From: an uncultured Clostridia bacterium
Lineage (GTDB): Bacteria > Bacillota > Clostridia > Christensenellales > Aristaeellaceae
Direction of reading: 5' to 3'
Length of the DNA: 41,208 bases
NCBI GenBank assembly: GCA_946626395.1
Contig: CAMOUF010000159.1
Location: 1 to 41,208, forward strand
How positions within the stretch are numbered: the first letter of the stretch is position 1; every line of letters starts with the position of its first letter. Under the pieces are notes generated by a model. That model saw only the letters and a program-made list of their open reading frames with translations, did not search any database and was not told where the DNA came from. Position numbers and translations under genes: made by a program. This document shows, in pieces, positions 40,359 through 41,208 of the stretch.

Positions 40359-41208
40359 ATGAAGAAAGTTTTCGCGCTTGGTTTGCTGGCCTTGCTGCTG
40401 TTCTGCGCAGCGTCCGCCTCCGCCGCCATCTATGTGCCCAAACACATTTCCGAGTTTTACGGGCTGCCCAATACTCCTCCCCTTTCCAGCTTTGCCCGGA
40501 TGAAGACCAAACAGGTGGAGTATGAAGTTACCATCTATTTGAGCCAGGCTGTGGAGAGCTTGTCCGCCAACTGGCTGGAGTACAATAACGAGCACTTTGA
40601 GGATCTGGAGATCACGGAAGAAGGCGATCTTTTTATCGCCTATTTGAACACCTTCGGCCACAAGTACCAGGTGGGCGCCCACTGGACGAATGTGTACGCC
40701 ACGGCGACGCCCCCGGCTCAGCCAATTGAGCATGAGATGAGTCTATATAAACCCACTCCTAAACCTAATGTTACTCCCAAACCTAATGTTACTCCCAAAC
40801 CTAATCCTACTACTACAACGGAGCATCTAGCCGGGTATCTTGAAGGTTCTTCGACAGTTATCAATTTTACCAATCCCAGCCAAGTTGAAGCTGATATTCA
40901 GGCCGCCAGAAAGAAAGCAGAAGACAGAGCGGATGACTTCGACGTTTACTCTTTGACTTCCAATAAAAATATCCCTGACAATTATTACTGCGTAAAAGTA
41001 GAAGAGCCCTATTACGCCGTGGTGCGCGTCCTGGATAACGATCAGTTCTGCATCGTGTCCCGCTACCGCTATACTGCCAACGCTGATGCGATCCAGGTTC
41101 CCGCTGGCTGCAAGCTCTATAAGGTAAACGGTTATGTCACCGCCTGGCATCCCACCTACGCCGCATCGGACGGCACCTCCAACGGCCGCTATGTGGAAGC
41201 CTATTACA
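40359..41208 (+). CDS. Secreted hypothetical protein with a TPKPNV linker repeat (3'-truncated by the window end)
   Basis: Not in the supplied ORF track because no stop is reached. My own translation from the ATG at 40359 is open to 41208: MKKVFALGLLALLLFCAASASAAIYVPKHISEFYGLPNTPPLSSFARMK...TPKPNVTPKPNVTPKPNPTTTTEHLAGYLEG...YVTAWHPTYAASDGTSNGRYVEAYY. It has a signal peptide, a promoter and an RBS upstream. Confidence 0.7.
   Translation, partial: MKKVFALGLLALLLFCAASASAAIYVPKHISEFYGLPNTPPLSSFARMKTKQVEYEVTIYLSQAVESLSANWLEYNNEHFEDLEITEEGDLFIAYLNTFGHKYQVGAHWTNVYATATPPAQPIEHEMSLYKPTPKPNVTPKPNVTPKPNPTTTTEHLAGYLEGSSTVINFTNPSQVEADIQAARKKAEDRADDFDVYSLTSNKNIPDNYYCVKVEEPYYAVVRVLDNDQFCIVSRYRYTANADAIQVPAGCKLYKVNGYVTAWHPTYAASDGTSNGRYVEAYY
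40755..40808 (+). repeat. 3 x 18-nt in-frame tandem repeat (TPKPNV/TPKPNV/TPKPNP) inside the last CDS
   Basis: ACTCCTAAACCTAATGTT / ACTCCCAAACCTAATGTT / ACTCCCAAACCTAATCCT. Confidence 0.9.

Noticed and set aside
40284-41150. Minus-strand ORFs 40284-40733 and 40827-41150 from the ORF track
   Set aside because: They are opposite an uninterrupted plus-strand frame that has a promoter, RBS and signal peptide. That frame is missing from the track only because it has no stop before the window end.
1-41208. Defence island, prophage or mobile-element reading of the window
   Set aside because: No integrase, transposase, recombinase, reverse transcriptase, Cas, restriction-modification, helicase-nuclease or phage structural signature was seen in any of the six-frame ORFs. 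The gene content is origin-proximal housekeeping and envelope functions.

Overview
This 41.2-kb segment looks chromosomal and comes from a GC-rich, spore-forming Firmicutes/Clostridia-like genome. Spore markers are YabP/YabQ, GerMN lipoproteins and a SPOR protein. I call 36 CDS. Many belong to the gene set that lies near the origin in Bacillus: soj-spo0J, dnaX, xpaC-telA(yaaN) and yabP-yabQ. The rest are housekeeping or envelope genes: pdp, an ABC-2 exporter, a GT2 glycosyltransferase, an acyltransferase-3 protein, a 9xSH3b peptidoglycan-binding protein, a LemA/TPM pair and a phosphodiesterase. I found no rRNA, tRNA, CRISPR array, transposase, integrase, phage gene or recognisable defence gene, so I cannot claim a novel protein-encoded system. 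The unusual signal is non-coding. Of the 20 internal intergenic gaps longer than 100 bp, 17 carry hairpin-forming repeats from a modular set. (i) At least 13 are nested inverted-repeat elements whose arms are phased 7-nt repeats in three sequence flavours (E1 to E3). (ii) Six are copies of a roughly 70-bp element with a 20-21-bp GGGGGAAACCGCTCTTTGG palindrome showing compensatory arm changes (E4). Two E4 copies carry a homologous 97-nt loop insert in opposite orientations. Twice, oppositely oriented E4 copies bracket an AT-rich segment just upstream of a gene. (iii) One MITE-like nested palindrome sits inside the ABC operon (E5). There is also a four-helix candidate structured element at 5611-5738. 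All family assignments rest on reading motifs by eye; no database search was possible.
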